Origin: Candidatus Latescibacterota bacterium
Lineage (GTDB): Bacteria > Latescibacterota > UBA2968 > GCA-2709665
NCBI GenBank assembly: GCA_965226795.1
Contig: CBDDDZ010000005.1
Location: 1,056,001 to 1,120,000, forward strand
Reading direction: 5' to 3'
DNA length: 64,000 nt
The notes beneath the pieces were generated by a model, which saw only the letters and a program-made list of their open reading frames with translations, was not told the origin of the DNA and did no database searches. How positions within the stretch are numbered: position 1 is the first letter of the stretch; each line of letters opens with the position of its first letter. Below are positions 35,816 to 45,989 of the stretch, in pieces. The position numbers were made by a program, and so were the translations under genes.

Positions 35816-36781
35816 CTAAGTCTGCCGATCAACCACGTGTCTCACCGCGAGTTCCAGCGCATTTCGGGCTTCCGACGATTTCAGTTCGGCCAGGCTCTTC
35901 AGACCGGACGAGGCGTACTCCCGTGCCTCCTGCCGGGCGGCTTCGATGCCCTCGTAACGCCTTACGAAGTGGAAGACTTCCTGGAGGTCGGCATCGGATT
36001 CAATGCCTTTCCGCACTTTTGCCTGTATCTGTTCGGCGTCGCCGTTGGGGCAATTGGCCAGAGCCCGAATCAACGGCAACGTCAGTTTTCTCTCGCGCAC
36101 GTCGCTGCCCACCGGCTTGCCCAGAGATTCTTCGTCGCCAATAAAGTCCAGCAAATCGTCGGTAATCTGGAAGGCGATTCCCACTTCCTTTCCGAACGTG
36201 GTCATCCGCGAGACCTGCTCGGGTGTGCCGCCCCCCAATATGGCGCCAACCTCGCAGGCCAAGGACATCAGCGATGCGGTTTTCTTGTCGATCATGTTGA
36301 AATAGCGCGCAGCCTCGGCATCGTTTCCGCTCTCGACCTCCAGAATTTCGCCCTCAATCATCCGGCTGACGGCGCGTGTGGCGGCTCGCATCACTTCCAT
36401 GGAATCGAGGCCGACCAGAAGTTGCAACGCCCTGGCGAGCAGGAAATCTCCCATCAGGACTGCCGCCTTGTTGCCCCATTTGAGGTTGAGGACCTCAGCA
36501 CCCCTGCGTTTGTCGGCAAGATCGATAACGTCATCGTGAATAAGTGTCGCTGTGTGGATGATTTCAATTCCCGCAGCCGCATCCACGACCCTGTTGGAAC
36601 ATTGCCCGATGGCCTGTGCAGTAAGTAGAGAGAGGGCCGGACGAATGATTTTGCCCTTCGTCGTAAGAATATGGCTGCCCATGGCCTGAACCAGATTGAC
36701 ATCGGAGGCCAGCGTCTCCGTGAAACGCCTTTCGAATCGCTCGATCTGGTGTTGTATGGGCTGAAGAATCTGATCTAGCAT
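35816..36781 (-). CDS. Polyprenyl diphosphate synthase
   Basis: GKIIRP, HDDVID…RRG, FQITDDLLD. Confidence 0.94.
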   Translation of the reverse strand: MLDQILQPIQHQIERFERRFTETLASDVNLVQAMGSHILTTKGKIIRPALSLLTAQAIGQCSNRVVDAAAGIEIIHTATLIHDDVIDLADKRRGAEVLNLKWGNKAAVLMGDFLLARALQLLVGLDSMEVMRAATRAVSRMIEGEILEVESGNDAEAARYFNMIDKKTASLMSLACEVGAILGGGTPEQVSRMTTFGKEVGIAFQITDDLLDFIGDEESLGKPVGSDVRERKLTLPLIRALANCPNGDAEQIQAKVRKGIESDADLQEVFHFVRRYEGIEAARQEAREYASSGLKSLAELKSSEARNALELAVRHVVDRQT

Positions 36782-36860
36782 AGGGTATTGGGATGGCCGT
36801 GTGCAAGCCGCGGGTCAAACCTGTGGATACTAGAGTTTCCTTATTGGGATAAGACCTCGA

Positions 36861-36889
36861 AAACTAACAAAAACGAGCGTATTTGTCAA
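36861..36889 (-). promoter_or_regulatory. sigma70 promoter
   Basis: TTGACA-17 bp-TAGTTT on the minus strand. Confidence 0.55.
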
Positions 36890-39621
36890 TCATTAGCTAA
36901 GCATTCGGTACACGTGCGGTTCACGATTTTCCACGTTTCGGCGGGAATGGCATCATATCCGAGACCGTCGCGTTTGGTGTAGATGCTCGCCGAGTGGTTG
37001 TCGGATTCAATGTGGAGAATGGGGTATCCCGTGTCATAGGGTCCGCCCCTGACCAGCAAGGTTTTGCCGATCAGATTCTCATCGGAAAGCGGCCGTTCGA
37101 TCCGGTAAAGGCTGCGGAGGTTATCGGTGATCACGTCCACAATCGTTCCGCGCAGAACCGGATCCTCCAGTTCGAGCGCGTGGGCGTTCAGGCTTGCTCG
37201 TGTACCGCCAAGAAGATAGGCAAACGTCAGGTCCCCGTCCGATGCCAGGGAGAATACGGAAACGCGGCCGTTCGTATCAAGGGACCCTTCAGGAGTTTCA
37301 AAAGCGGCGGTTTGACCTTCAGGACAGACCGTCACGAGGTCCGTGCCCGATTCGCGTGTGACGCGGATACACACGCCGTCCCCGGTGCCGGAGACCACGC
37401 TCTCCACTGCCGTTACGAACTGACGGGAACGGGGACTGACGTCGTAGAGGCTTAGAAAGACGCTATGGGCGGGCAGCCCGGTGCGGCGGCGGATTACATA
37501 CGGGACGGTCTCACCGGTCTGGATGTTGTCACGAGAGCCGGTGCCCCTTTCCCCCCATCCCGATCCGATGAGCACCTGTTCCTCGCCGCATGGCAGCGCA
37601 TAGGCGGTGAACCGTTGCCGGTCCAGGTCGAAGTGGACGGACCAGGGCGTGTGGGCCTGAGCAGCCGCCAGGTTCGTTAAATCCCGCCATTCGGCGTCGG
37701 TCGGTCGAAGGTCCAGATTCCGCGGGACGCCTTCGGCGACCGGACCGTGGAACAGATAGTCGTGAACGCGGCCGCCGGTCACCCGAAAACAGTCGATCAA
37801 ATAGCTGCCTCCGCCGCCGTGGTCGATAACGGCGCACAGGCGATGATACGTGTCGACATCGTATGCCCGGGACGAAACCGCGGCGACCTTTACCCGACCG
37901 GTGCTGTCGAACAGGTGGAGGCTGCCGCCGCGGCCGTCGCGTTTCTGGTCTTGCTCGTCGATGATTACGGTGTTGTGCGCAATGGTTCGAACGGTATGGT
38001 GTTTGTCGGGCCGGTCCCAGAGGTAACCGAGGTCGGTCAGGGCTTCCTGTCCGTCCTTCCAGTAGACCAGGTTCAGGCTGTCTTCGTGGTGATGCCCGCC
38101 CCAATCCGAGGCGCTCAGGAGCGCCGTACTCGCACGCCCGTGTTCGCCCGTGCGCAGCAGGCCGATCCGCAGGGCCGGAAAGAACTGGTCGGTAAGGAAC
38201 AGCCGAGCCGACGGGTCGGCTCTCAAATCCGGTGCACGGTGAAACAGCGCGTACTCCCCCCCGTGGTTTTCCAGATCGTATTCGCACAGTTCGGCAAGCA
38301 TGGCGATGTGGTTCGCGTCGCCGTAGCGGGCGACGAGTATATCTGCAACGGCAACGGACATCCTGCATGCGGTTACGTCGTCGGCGATTACGCCATAACC
38401 CAGGTCGGGCATCGGGCTCTTGACGTACCCCTCCAGTACCGCCCTGTACCGGCTGTCGCCGTAAATGTCCAGTTCCTGCGGGAGGCGTTCCGGTGAACCG
38501 GACTCCGCAGAACCGGCGTACCCATGCGCGGCGTCGGCAAAGTGACGAATGCCGTTGAGTGTCATGAATCCGTAGCCGGGCGATTCGGAACTCATTCCAT
38601 CTTCCAGAAACCAGTTGTAGACGAAATGATTGAACCCGTCCAGGCCGAAACGGACCAGATCCGGATCGGCAAGACAAAGGCCGACGAGGCCCGCGGCAGA
38701 GCGGTTGGTGGCGCTCTTGTTGTTGAAGTTCGGATCCGCGAGGAGAAGGATAGTGCTTTCAAGAAGGAGGTCGCGTTCAATCTTGTTGCAGACTTCGGGG
38801 GTATACACCGGCCGGCTGTCGGCTTCCGCGCCGCATGTGAGATCGTAGGCGACGGTGACATCGGAAACGAAGGTTCCTTCCATGCCCACCCCCGTAGCGC
38901 GTCCGGCCATCCAGTAGCCCACGTGTAGTTTGCGGTCGGGTCGGTTTGGCGGCACCACCAGTTCCGGTTTCGGCAGATCCAGGATATCTCTCGCAGCGAC
39001 CCTTGCGGGCGAGTCCGAAAATTCGCCGTACCCGGAGTGAACCATGTAACCGGGATAGACCTCGGCGAACCGCAGGAGGATGTCCCTGGCCTTTTCGGCG
39101 TGGCCAATCTCTTGCGTCAGGACATAGGCCACGGCGCACTGATGGGCGATACGCGCCATATACTCGCATTTGCGGGCCCGGATATTGGCGGTCCACGAGG
39201 AGACAAAGGGGAATCCGATGAGGTCCCAGTGTTTGCCCGTAAAGTACGTGATTTCCTGCCCTCCGCCGAAATCGGTCTTGAATACCACGTCTTCCGGGTA
39301 GTCGGCATTGGGATAGACGGTCTGGCAGGTGGTACAGATCAGTTGGTCGGGATTCTCCGGTACCCATTTATAGTGTCCGTGAACAGGGGCCGCCTCGCAG
39401 GCAGGACACATGGTAAAGAGCGCGCTGCCCGGGGTTTCCAGGGGAATCCAGCTCTCGAGGCCCTGGACGGACGTGTGCCGCACCTGATCGACTGACGACA
39501 GGAGATCTTCCAGAAAACGTCGGGCCCAGGCGTGACGTTCGATGTTTCCACGAGCGACTTCGAGATCCTGTGATTTAAACAAGGTTGTGGGGCGTCGGTC
39601 TGGATTGGTGCTGGTTTTCAT
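36886..39621 (-). CDS. Heparinase II/III-like (polysaccharide lyase fold) protein with Zn-ribbon insert
   Basis: ESPGY, WGGHHHEDSLNL, DLGY, AHNTVIIDE; N-terminal CPAC…CTTC; no signal peptide. Confidence 0.75.
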   Translation of the reverse strand: MKTSTNPDRRPTTLFKSQDLEVARGNIERHAWARRFLEDLLSSVDQVRHTSVQGLESWIPLETPGSALFTMCPACEAAPVHGHYKWVPENPDQLICTTCQTVYPNADYPEDVVFKTDFGGGQEITYFTGKHWDLIGFPFVSSWTANIRARKCEYMARIAHQCAVAYVLTQEIGHAEKARDILLRFAEVYPGYMVHSGYGEFSDSPARVAARDILDLPKPELVVPPNRPDRKLHVGYWMAGRATGVGMEGTFVSDVTVAYDLTCGAEADSRPVYTPEVCNKIERDLLLESTILLLADPNFNNKSATNRSAAGLVGLCLADPDLVRFGLDGFNHFVYNWFLEDGMSSESPGYGFMTLNGIRHFADAAHGYAGSAESGSPERLPQELDIYGDSRYRAVLEGYVKSPMPDLGYGVIADDVTACRMSVAVADILVARYGDANHIAMLAELCEYDLENHGGEYALFHRAPDLRADPSARLFLTDQFFPALRIGLLRTGEHGRASTALLSASDWGGHHHEDSLNLVYWKDGQEALTDLGYLWDRPDKHHTVRTIAHNTVIIDEQDQKRDGRGGSLHLFDSTGRVKVAAVSSRAYDVDTYHRLCAVIDHGGGGSYLIDCFRVTGGRVHDYLFHGPVAEGVPRNLDLRPTDAEWRDLTNLAAAQAHTPWSVHFDLDRQRFTAYALPCGEEQVLIGSGWGERGTGSRDNIQTGETVPYVIRRRTGLPAHSVFLSLYDVSPRSRQFVTAVESVVSGTGDGVCIRVTRESGTDLVTVCPEGQTAAFETPEGSLDTNGRVSVFSLASDGDLTFAYLLGGTRASLNAHALELEDPVLRGTIVDVITDNLRSLYRIERPLSDENLIGKTLLVRGGPYDTGYPILHIESDNHSASIYTKRDGLGYDAIPAETWKIVNRTCTECLAND

Positions 39622-39679
39622 AGCGCTCCCGTTTCGTATTTGGCGTCTTACGGGTGCAGTGACCGCTTCCTGACGTTTG

Positions 39680-40426
39680 TTATTTCCCTGCCCGCGCCAG
39701 GAAATCGGCGGCCCCCGCAGCGATCCACGCGCCGATATTGCTCAACAGAAAGCGCGCGCCCAGGTCCGTGTATTTCTCCACGTTATTGTTGCCGGTCAGT
39801 GTGCCGGGCGTGCGTCCCGCGTCCCGGATGCGGATCAGGGTCTCGTCGACGGTGCGTTGCACATCGGGGTGGTCGTTGTTCCCGATGTGACCCATTGAGG
39901 CAGCCAGATCCGACGGCGCGACAAAGAACACGTCAATTTGATCCACCCCGAGGATGGCGTCCAGGTTCCGCACGGCGGCGATATCCTCGATGAGTACGAC
40001 GAAAAGCGTCTCGTTGTTTGCGGTATGCAGGTAGTCGGGTACGCCATAGCCCTGGCGGCTGGTGAAGAGGCCGCGTTTTCCGCCTGGCGCGAATTTGCCG
40101 CCATCGACGACGTTGCGTGCCTCTGCTTCCGAGTTGACGTGGGGAACGACGATGCCCTGCGCGCCCCGGTCCAGCGTACGGTATATGAGGGCCTGGTCGT
40201 TGCGGTTGACCCTGACGATCGAGGTCATACTCCAGATGTCGCAAGCCCTCGTGAGGTTGCCGAGGTCGGCCGCGTTGACGGGTCCGTGTTCTCCTTCCAG
40301 CCACACGCCGTCGAAGCCTGTATGGCCAAAGGCGTCGATGTCGTCGGGATGGGTGAGGCCGCCGGCGATACAGGCGACTCCGCCGTCGGCGAGTTTTCGT
40401 TTGACACGGTTTGGTCGGATGGTCAT
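39680..40426 (-). CDS. HpcH/HpaI aldolase family protein
   Basis: EGEHG, VRV, LDRGAQGIVVPHV, LIED, APSDLAASMG. Confidence 0.88.
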   Translation of the reverse strand: MTIRPNRVKRKLADGGVACIAGGLTHPDDIDAFGHTGFDGVWLEGEHGPVNAADLGNLTRACDIWSMTSIVRVNRNDQALIYRTLDRGAQGIVVPHVNSEAEARNVVDGGKFAPGGKRGLFTSRQGYGVPDYLHTANNETLFVVLIEDIAAVRNLDAILGVDQIDVFFVAPSDLAASMGHIGNNDHPDVQRTVDETLIRIRDAGRTPGTLTGNNNVEKYTDLGARFLLSNIGAWIAAGAADFLARAGK

Positions 40427-40480
40427 GGGCGGTTCTCCTTTTCGACTAGACCTGCGGGCCCGTAGAAACTGAAAACCCGT

Positions 40481-41266
40481 TCAGGTCGAACGTGGGTTGC
40501 ATTCCAGATCGATGCTGACCGGAGCATGGTCGGAAACGGTCAGGCCGGCCTGGCGGTCTACGGTGGCGGAACGGAGGCGTGCGGCGACCGCGGCGTTCCC
40601 GAGCAGGTAGTCGATTCGCCAGCCCCGGTCGAGTTCGCGGGCCCTCCCGCGATTGGACCACCAAGAATAGGGACCCTGTACATCTCCAAAATGCTGCCGC
40701 ACAAAGTCGTTCCAGCCGGCAGCCAGCAGGTCGGTCATCCACTGCCTTTCGTGTGGCAGGAATCCTGAGTTCTTTTCGTTCCCTTTGGCATAGAAAATGT
40801 CTTTTGCCGTGTGAGCAATGTTGAAGTCGCCGCCCAGAATCACGGGCTCACTACGTTGTGTGTGTTGCTTCGACCAGGGTAGAAACCGGGCCATCCAGAG
40901 ATCTTCCTTGATCTTCTGGCGATCTTCGCTGGATGAGCCGGAGGGAAGGTAGACGTTTACCAATCGGACGCCCTTTACACGCACCTGCAGGATCCGTCCT
41001 TCCGGATCGGTCTCGTGGATTCCGGTACCGAGGATCTCAAACCGGTGGCGGGACCAGACCGCAACCCCGGAATAACCTTTACGTTCGGCGGGATGCCAGT
41101 GGACATGCCAGCCGAGCGGATTGATCCACTCGTTGGGAAGCTGCTCCGGGAGTGCGCGGACTTCCTGGAGGAGGAGTACGTCCGGCGCGATCCGTTCGAC
41201 GTGTTGGGCAAAGCCTTTTCTGAGTGCGGCGCGCAGGCCGTTCACGTTCCAGGTGGTAATTCGCAT
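40481..41266 (-). CDS. xth: Exodeoxyribonuclease III
   Basis: TWNVNGLRA, LQE, YSGVA, GDFN, GWRIDY, SDHAPV. Confidence 0.95.
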   Translation of the reverse strand: MRITTWNVNGLRAALRKGFAQHVERIAPDVLLLQEVRALPEQLPNEWINPLGWHVHWHPAERKGYSGVAVWSRHRFEILGTGIHETDPEGRILQVRVKGVRLVNVYLPSGSSSEDRQKIKEDLWMARFLPWSKQHTQRSEPVILGGDFNIAHTAKDIFYAKGNEKNSGFLPHERQWMTDLLAAGWNDFVRQHFGDVQGPYSWWSNRGRARELDRGWRIDYLLGNAAVAARLRSATVDRQAGLTVSDHAPVSIDLECNPRST

Positions 41267-41317
41267 GGACTGGGCGGGTGTGAGACCGCTGCCGGCTTGC
41301 CGGCGGCAGGCTTGGAT

Positions 41318-43189
41318 TTATACAAAGGCCGTGTGGACACTGAGTGTTTGTGTGTTCCGGGAGATGGTGATGTGGCCGTTTTCGGCTCGCAAGGCGACGT
41401 CCGCGGTGTCGCAGTCGATGCCGAAGGCGACGGCGAACCTGGCGCGCCCGGGCGGCAGGACGGCATCGACTTTGAGGTATTCGACTTCCAGACTCTCGGC
41501 GTCGGCGTGTCCGGGCTTGAGGTCCTTGTGTCTGTCCTTGACGAACGTGGCGTCTGGTGGGGTCAAAAGGCGGGCGTTCACAACTGTATTTCCGACCATG
41601 ATAGCGGCCGAGGCCCCGGTCGCCTTCGCCGCGCCTGCAAAATGAATGCGGGATTCCATTCCGGTCGCGTCCGCGACTTCAATCTCGTCGATGACGAGAA
41701 ACAATGCCGGACGCACGTAGAGGAAATGCCGGACAAAGACCGTGAGTTTGTGAATGCCGTAGGCCGATGAGATGGAAGCCCGGAGGTAGTCGTACGTGGC
41801 GGTGAATTCGACCTCTTCCACGGTACCGACGAGGCGGCGGTCGCCGGGTTGGCCCTGTCCGTCGAAGAGTGGCAGATTGTGACCGTGGGTCGATTTGAAG
41901 ATCCATTCGCCGGGATCCCCGTACCGGCCGATACCTAATTCGCGGACGGCGGTCCGGCGGCCGGCGTGGACAATATAGTTTCCAACATCCGCGTGGCCGT
42001 GGGGTTCGACCGTCGCGCCGATCTTCAGCGCCATGACGGGGGCATCGGGATCTTGCCATGATCCGCGCATGATGCACCAGCCGGCGTCGGGAAAGTAGGT
42101 CGACGGATGGGGCGGGGAGGGAAGTTCGGGAACGGTATCGGACGCATCCCAGAAAAGCTCCGCCAATTTGATGGAGGGCCGGCTGTCCGTGGTGAGCCGA
42201 TCGAAGTAGGCCGCGGCTCCGTGGCCGTATTCCTGCGCGAATTTGCGGAAGGCCATACCTCCGGGAAAGTGTTTGCCGCAGTCGGCGAAGTTGACCACGC
42301 GGTCGGGCGGGAGAAAGCAGTTGATCGGAAAGTCAACCGTATTTTTGAGTTTGGGATGATCGTAAAGGTTGATCTGTCCACTGGTGAGCCGTCGTAGTGC
42401 ATCGGAAAAGGGGAAGGAAGTACTGATGCCGTAGTTCCAGTACCCCGGACCCTCCTTCCACGAACCGTCGTTTTGGATGGCATCGTAGAATTTCGTGACG
42501 CGTTCGACGCATTCCCGAATGACGCCGAGCATGGCTTCACGAGGCCGAATGCCCGTCCGAAGATGGATGTGCCTTGCATCGAGCATAGCCAGGGCGCAGA
42601 GACCCATGTTTGAGACGCAGACGGAACACCAGTTGCTGTCGTACCGCGACGCCCAGAAGTGATGTTGCATGCCGCCGATGCAATGGCCCAGACCGCGCGC
42701 GAAGATCATGAATTCGAGTTCACGGCGCTGGTTTTCGGAAAGGTTGTCGTAGAGCAGGTCGTAGGCAGCGGCAAAACAGGTACAGGTATGGCTGCCGTCC
42801 AGATCCAGAAGCATGAATTCGTGGACCGGGTGGACCCACGAGGGCCAGCTCATCATTGAAGCGAGGCCCTCCCAGGCTTTTTCGAAGTAGGCCTGGTCCC
42901 GGTCGACCGCATAGGCCAATACATAGTCTTCAAGGAGGGACCGGGCTTGGCCTGAAAGGCGGCTGTATGTTTCCCAGACGCCGTTCCGGTAGCTTTTCTC
43001 TCTGGGTGGCGGCATCGGGAACGGATGATCGAGGCCAGCGTTGAGTCGTTCGCGTGTCTGCCGATAAATTTCCGCATGGGTGCCGTCGAGGCAGAGTGCG
43101 CGCACGCGTTCAAGGTCGGACCTGGAGAAGAAGAGATAGGGATGTTCCAGAGTTTCAGGAATGAGACGGTCGACGTCGGGGACGTTCAT
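41318..43189 (-). CDS. Heparinase II/III-like protein
   Basis: HPYLFF, NWCSVC, DGSWKEGPGYWNY, NFAD, HGHADVG, GHNLP. Confidence 0.8.
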   Translation of the reverse strand: MNVPDVDRLIPETLEHPYLFFSRSDLERVRALCLDGTHAEIYRQTRERLNAGLDHPFPMPPPREKSYRNGVWETYSRLSGQARSLLEDYVLAYAVDRDQAYFEKAWEGLASMMSWPSWVHPVHEFMLLDLDGSHTCTCFAAAYDLLYDNLSENQRRELEFMIFARGLGHCIGGMQHHFWASRYDSNWCSVCVSNMGLCALAMLDARHIHLRTGIRPREAMLGVIRECVERVTKFYDAIQNDGSWKEGPGYWNYGISTSFPFSDALRRLTSGQINLYDHPKLKNTVDFPINCFLPPDRVVNFADCGKHFPGGMAFRKFAQEYGHGAAAYFDRLTTDSRPSIKLAELFWDASDTVPELPSPPHPSTYFPDAGWCIMRGSWQDPDAPVMALKIGATVEPHGHADVGNYIVHAGRRTAVRELGIGRYGDPGEWIFKSTHGHNLPLFDGQGQPGDRRLVGTVEEVEFTATYDYLRASISSAYGIHKLTVFVRHFLYVRPALFLVIDEIEVADATGMESRIHFAGAAKATGASAAIMVGNTVVNARLLTPPDATFVKDRHKDLKPGHADAESLEVEYLKVDAVLPPGRARFAVAFGIDCDTADVALRAENGHITISRNTQTLSVHTAFV

Positions 43190-43280
43190 GGAAACTCCTG
43201 GAGGCCAAAAGCAGCTGAAAAGGCGCGGGTCACCGCCAACGTACGGCCCGAATATTCGGTCTTAAGCGGTTTCGTGTGTT

Positions 43281-43309
43281 AATATAGCGCTGGGGTATTT
43301 GCTGGTCAA
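43281..43309 (-). promoter_or_regulatory. sigma70 promoter
   Basis: TTGACC-17 bp-TATATT on the minus strand. Confidence 0.65.
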
Positions 43310-43337
43310 GGAGATGTGTTCGAGGGATGCGAGTTCA

Positions 43338-44213
43338 CTATGCGCTCTTCCTGGCCAGCAGAATGCGTTCGGTACCCGTGAGATCGGGAATGGTCCGTTC
43401 TGGGATGAGCCCGGACGACTTTTGCAGCAGATTCACCACCTCCGGGGCGGCGCCGTCGGCCACTTCCAGGGCCAGCCAGCCGCCCGGGCAGAGGTGCGCC
43501 GGAGCCCGGGCGATGATTGAGCGATGGAATGCGAGCCCGTCCGATCCGCCATCGAGTGCGAGCAGGGGGTCGAAGTTTCGGACTTCCGGTTGAAGGCCCG
43601 GCAGGTCGGCGGAGGCGATGTAGGGGGGGTTTGAGACGATCGCGTGGAATACGGCCCGGGATCGAAATGCGACAAGGAGGTCGGCGCAAACAAAGGCGAT
43701 TCGCTGGCGAACGGCGTTACGACGGGCATTTCGGGCTGCCAGGCGCAGAGCTTTTTTGGAAATGTCGGACGCGATCAGGCGGCTCCTGGGCAGCGCGTGC
43801 GCAAGCGCGACGGCGATGGGGCCGGCTCCGGTGCCAACGTCCAGAACCGTGGGCCCGGTATGAATATCCAGGCGGTCGATGAGCGTTTCAACCAGGATTT
43901 CCGTTTCAGGCCGGGGGATTAGTGCATCGGGGCCGACGTAGAACGGCAGTGAGAAAAATTCGGTTTCCCCGAGCAGATGCTGAAGCGGCACACGACTGCG
44001 CCGCTCATGAACCAGGGCCCGAAGTCGGTCATATTGCACAGGTGTGAGCGGGCGTTGCGGGTTTACGTAGATGCCGGAGCGACTGGTGTTCAGAACCGAC
44101 GCCAGAAGCCACTCAGCGTCGGCGCGTGGATCCGGTACACCGGCCTCCGCGAGACTGCGCTCCGTATTGGCGAGTACATCGGATGTCAAGGGAGGGGTGG
44201 AGAGTTCGGCCAT
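43338..44213 (-). CDS. prmC: Release factor glutamine methyltransferase
   Basis: LIPRPETE, DVGTGAG, SNPPY, ALDGG. Confidence 0.96.
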   Translation of the reverse strand: MAELSTPPLTSDVLANTERSLAEAGVPDPRADAEWLLASVLNTSRSGIYVNPQRPLTPVQYDRLRALVHERRSRVPLQHLLGETEFFSLPFYVGPDALIPRPETEILVETLIDRLDIHTGPTVLDVGTGAGPIAVALAHALPRSRLIASDISKKALRLAARNARRNAVRQRIAFVCADLLVAFRSRAVFHAIVSNPPYIASADLPGLQPEVRNFDPLLALDGGSDGLAFHRSIIARAPAHLCPGGWLALEVADGAAPEVVNLLQKSSGLIPERTIPDLTGTERILLARKSA

Positions 44214-44248
44214 GGATTGCCCGTGGAAGCCCCTGGACCAGGTTGGCG

Positions 44249-45337
44249 TCAGGCAGAAATGGCGGTGTTCTGTTCGCTGTCTTTGATTTTTTCGGCATGG
44301 TCGGCGAGGCGCAGGGCGTTGATGAGGTCGTCCAGATCACCTTCGAGCGTCTCCGCGAGCCTGTGGAGGGTGAGTTTGATCCGGTGATCGGTAACCCGTC
44401 CCTGGGGGAAATTATAAGTGCGGATCTTCGCACTGCGGTCCCCTGTGCCCACCTGCGCCCTCCTGTGTCGGGAAGTTGTTTCCCGTTGATCCTGGATGGC
44501 GCGATCCAGCAGCCGCGCACGGAGGACCTTCATCGCTTTGGCCTTGTTCTTGTGCTGGGACTTTTCGTCCTGACATTGCACGATAAGGCCGGTGGGCAGA
44601 TGGGTAATCCTAACGGCCGAATCGGTAGTATTTACGCTCTGGCCGCCGGGCCCCGAGGAACGGTAGACGTCGACCCGAATTTCTTCGGGATTGATTTCGA
44701 TGTCCACTTCTTCCGCTTCGGGCAGGACCGCAACAGTGGAAGTGGACGTGTGGATGCGTCCGCTGGATTCGGTCTCCGGAATGCGCTGAACGCGGTGCAC
44801 GCCGCTTTCGTACTTGAGGTTGCCGTAGACGTCGCTTCCGCCCACCGAGAAGATGACTTCCTTGAACCCACCGATGCCGGTCGGGTTGGCGCTGAGCAGT
44901 TCGGCCCGCCACCCTCTGGATTCGGAGTAACGAGTATACATTCTATAAAGATCGGCGGCAAACAGCGCCGCCTCTTCGCCTCCGGCGCCGGCGCGAATCT
45001 CCACAATTGTATTTTTGCTGTCGTTGGGATCCCTGGGGATCAGCAGAAATTGGAGTTTCCCGGCGAGTCTGGATTCCTCCTGCTGGAGTTCCGCCTGCTC
45101 CTCGCGGGCAATATCAACCAGTTCCGCGTCGTTGGAATCCCCGATTATTTCTCCGGCTTCCTTGAGGCCCTTCGCAATTTGCTGATATTCGCGGTACGTG
45201 TTGACGATTTCTTCCAGCCCGTGATACACCTTCGTGAGTTTTCTGAACCTCTCGGGGTTGGCCGCAACGCCGGGCCGGGCCATCTCGGCGCGGATCTCGT
45301 TGAAACGCTTTTCCACACCATCCAGTTGACCGAACAT
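44249..45337 (-). CDS. prfA: Peptide chain release factor 1
   Basis: GGQ, PET specificity motif, IRTYNFPQ. Confidence 0.98.
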   Translation of the reverse strand: MFGQLDGVEKRFNEIRAEMARPGVAANPERFRKLTKVYHGLEEIVNTYREYQQIAKGLKEAGEIIGDSNDAELVDIAREEQAELQQEESRLAGKLQFLLIPRDPNDSKNTIVEIRAGAGGEEAALFAADLYRMYTRYSESRGWRAELLSANPTGIGGFKEVIFSVGGSDVYGNLKYESGVHRVQRIPETESSGRIHTSTSTVAVLPEAEEVDIEINPEEIRVDVYRSSGPGGQSVNTTDSAVRITHLPTGLIVQCQDEKSQHKNKAKAMKVLRARLLDRAIQDQRETTSRHRRAQVGTGDRSAKIRTYNFPQGRVTDHRIKLTLHRLAETLEGDLDDLINALRLADHAEKIKDSEQNTAISA

Positions 45338-45516
45338 TCGACATCCTCATCAGGTTTACGTTTGAGACGGTTGCCCATGACACGGTGCTTCAAAGGCATT
45401 ACATGAAACGGGAACGGCGCCCGTCAGGTTGCAAGATTGCAAATGGGAACTGCCGGTGCGGCGGATACGTATTGCGCCCCGGCGTCGTCTCCCGGCAGAT
45501 AGTTGCGGCAGGCAAC

Positions 45517-45575
45517 AAAAAAAAGGCGAAGCGGTACGCACGTCCACCGGTAGGCGGACGATGCCGTTTCACCTT
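45517..45575 (-). terminator. Probable terminator after rpmE
   Basis: Long imperfect hairpin followed by a U8 tract on the minus strand. Confidence 0.6.
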
Positions 45576-45595
45576 ATCTGTGACAATCTGAATGG

Positions 45596-45817
45596 TTAAT
45601 CTTCGGCGGCTTCCTCGACCTTTATATTGTACCGCCGCCGGTAACGTTCAACCATTCCTGCGGTGTCCACCAGACGCTGCTTGCCCGTGTAAAATGGATG
45701 ACAGTTGGAGCAGATGTCTACCCGCAGGCCGGGCACCGTCGCGTGCGTGGTCAGGGTCTTTCCGCAGGCGCAGGTGATGGTGGTTTCCACGTAATCGGGA
45801 TGAATATTCTGTTTCAC
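45596..45817 (-). CDS. rpmE: 50S ribosomal protein L31 (Zn-binding type)
   Basis: GTG start; [21 protein letters not shown]. Confidence 0.96.
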   Translation of the reverse strand: MKQNIHPDYVETTITCACGKTLTTHATVPGLRVDICSNCHPFYTGKQRLVDTAGMVERYRRRYNIKVEEAAED

Positions 45818-45867
45818 GTGGTACAAGTCCTCAGATCCGGAAGAGTCGATGAAAAACGCAGATGTGA

Positions 45868-45896
45868 AATATATACAAAACGGAATTCTTGCGCAA
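45868..45896 (-). promoter_or_regulatory. rpmE sigma70 promoter
   Basis: TTGCGC-17 bp-TATATT. Confidence 0.6.
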
Positions 45897-45989
45897 GAAC
45901 ATAAAGGTCAAACACGGCTACCGGAGTAGAAAACCGCCCCCGTCCGTGCAACCCCGGATTGGGGGATCATGAAAACAATACCGGGCCCC

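Noticed and set aside
44126..45406. 426-aa antisense ORF over prfA (likewise 51687-52841, 32047-33000 and 19556-20440, and the same-strand off-frame ORF 37529-38677)
   Set aside because: These are shadow ORFs expected from GC-rich codon bias, with no protein motifs.
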